NCBI GenBank assembly: GCA_045837725.1
Contig: JBEWZL010000008.1
Span: 1 to 64,000 of the forward strand
DNA: 64,000 nucleotides
Source: Vermamoeba vermiformis
Lineage: Eukaryota
Direction of reading: 5' to 3'
Shown here: one piece after another, positions 63,164-64,000 of the stretch
Layout of the letters: each line of letters begins with the position of its first letter
How positions within the stretch are numbered: the first letter of the stretch is position 1
Notes under the pieces: generated by a model
Told to the model about the DNA's origin: nothing
Seen by the model: the letters and a program-made list of their open reading frames with translations, nothing else
The model's database searches: none
Translations under genes and position numbers: made by a program

Positions 63164-64000
63164 TTAAATCACGTGACTGTACCGGCGAGTGTGCTCAGAA
63201 TACACCAGCAGTGCCAAGAGACAGCACGTGATCATCAACACGGTAGTCAGCACGTGATTCAATTTGTGCGCGTCATCGTTTGACACCTGATGATTGACAC
63301 GAGTGACACGTGTCATCACGCGAGTCTTGCCCTGGTCCATGGCCTGCAACGTCTCCAGCTCGATGTCAAGTGTCGCTTTGACACGTGTCATATCGAGGTG
63401 TTCACGCGTCAACTTGTCCAATCGCGCGCGACTGTCCTGCAGCACGAGATGTGACTCGAGACTCATCAGTCGTGCGCGCAACAGACTGGCGCTGAGTTTG
63501 ACGAGGTGATTGAATGCCGCGCCACTCACCTCCTCGCGCACTGACTCCTGCACACGTGACGCTGCTGCGTTGTGAGCACGCATGCGATTGGTCAGTTCGT
63601 CAATGCTGCGCGTCAGACTCGTGTAGCGTGGTGAGCGCGGGGCCGTTGGAGATGCCAGCGGAATAACTCTGCTCACACGTGGACTGCGCGGACTACGCGG
63701 ACTTTTGACGGGCGGTAAATTTAGCTCCAACTCGTCTGCGTGGAGGACACGTGCCACTGCCGCAGTCTCGGGCTGCACTTCCATGGCAGTGAGTGGCGTG
63801 GAGGGATGGGCTGTGACAGGTGTCAATTCTTCGGCGGAATAACTCTCCTCATCGTCTTCGATGTGTGCCTCGTCCACCGATATCTCGGAGCGATCTCCGA
63901 TAGATTCATCGTCCTCGTGCTCGAATTCTGGCTCAATCATGAGGTCCTCGTCGTCGTCAAAGATCACGTGGTGCTCGTCCTCGTCCTCGTCCTCGTCGTC
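63164..64000 (-). CDS. Hypothetical acidic/coiled-coil protein with C-terminal transmembrane helix (5' truncated by window edge)
   Basis: Open frame to the window end; D/E-rich region, SPR repeats, heptad-like region and VLTTVLMITCCLLALLVY near the stop. Confidence 0.6.
   Translation of the reverse strand, partial: DDEDEDEDEHHVIFDDDEDLMIEPEFEHEDDESIGDRSEISVDEAHIEDDEESYSAEELTPVTAHPSTPLTAMEVQPETAAVARVLHADELELNLPPVKSPRSPRSPRVSRVIPLASPTAPRSPRYTSLTRSIDELTNRMRAHNAAASRVQESVREEVSGAAFNHLVKLSASLLRARLMSLESHLVLQDSRARLDKLTREHLDMTRVKATLDIELETLQAMDQGKTRVMTRVTRVNHQVSNDDAHKLNHVLTTVLMITCCLLALLVYSEHTRRYSHVI

Overview
Left end of a chromosome from a compact, gene-dense eukaryotic genome with short (~45-60 nt) GT-AG introns. 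It is probably a free-living protist; amoebozoan affinity is only an inference from gene content. The window opens with a (CCCTAA)n telomere (3-155), followed by a ~8.8 kb subtelomeric block of hairpin-rich repeats, a G-rich satellite and palindromic arrays. Embedded in that block is a cleanly spliced gene for a >=609-aa histone H3-fold protein that shows the classic CenH3/CENP-A diagnostic substitutions. It has a very long RG/acidic/basic N-tail and a Lys-rich C-tail, and it is bracketed by two arrays of the same 17-nt CRTCC-N7-GGAYG motif. From ~9 kb onward there are about 25 tightly packed genes. Unusual domain fusions include pseudo-G-alpha-BTB-CaaX, CUE-vWA-RING, LRR-ADP-ribosylglycohydrolase, hotdog thioesterase-SAM methyltransferase, PstS-like-class C GPCR and RS-domain-DDX3-like helicase. 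Ordinary genes include ACH1, CNOT10, DnaJ, DOCK, SPX-EXS, HACL2/ILVBL, DHHC, Ras, Rab2 and a RhoGAP-like gene. Gene models were spliced by eye, so exon boundaries and some start codons are approximate; no database searches were run.
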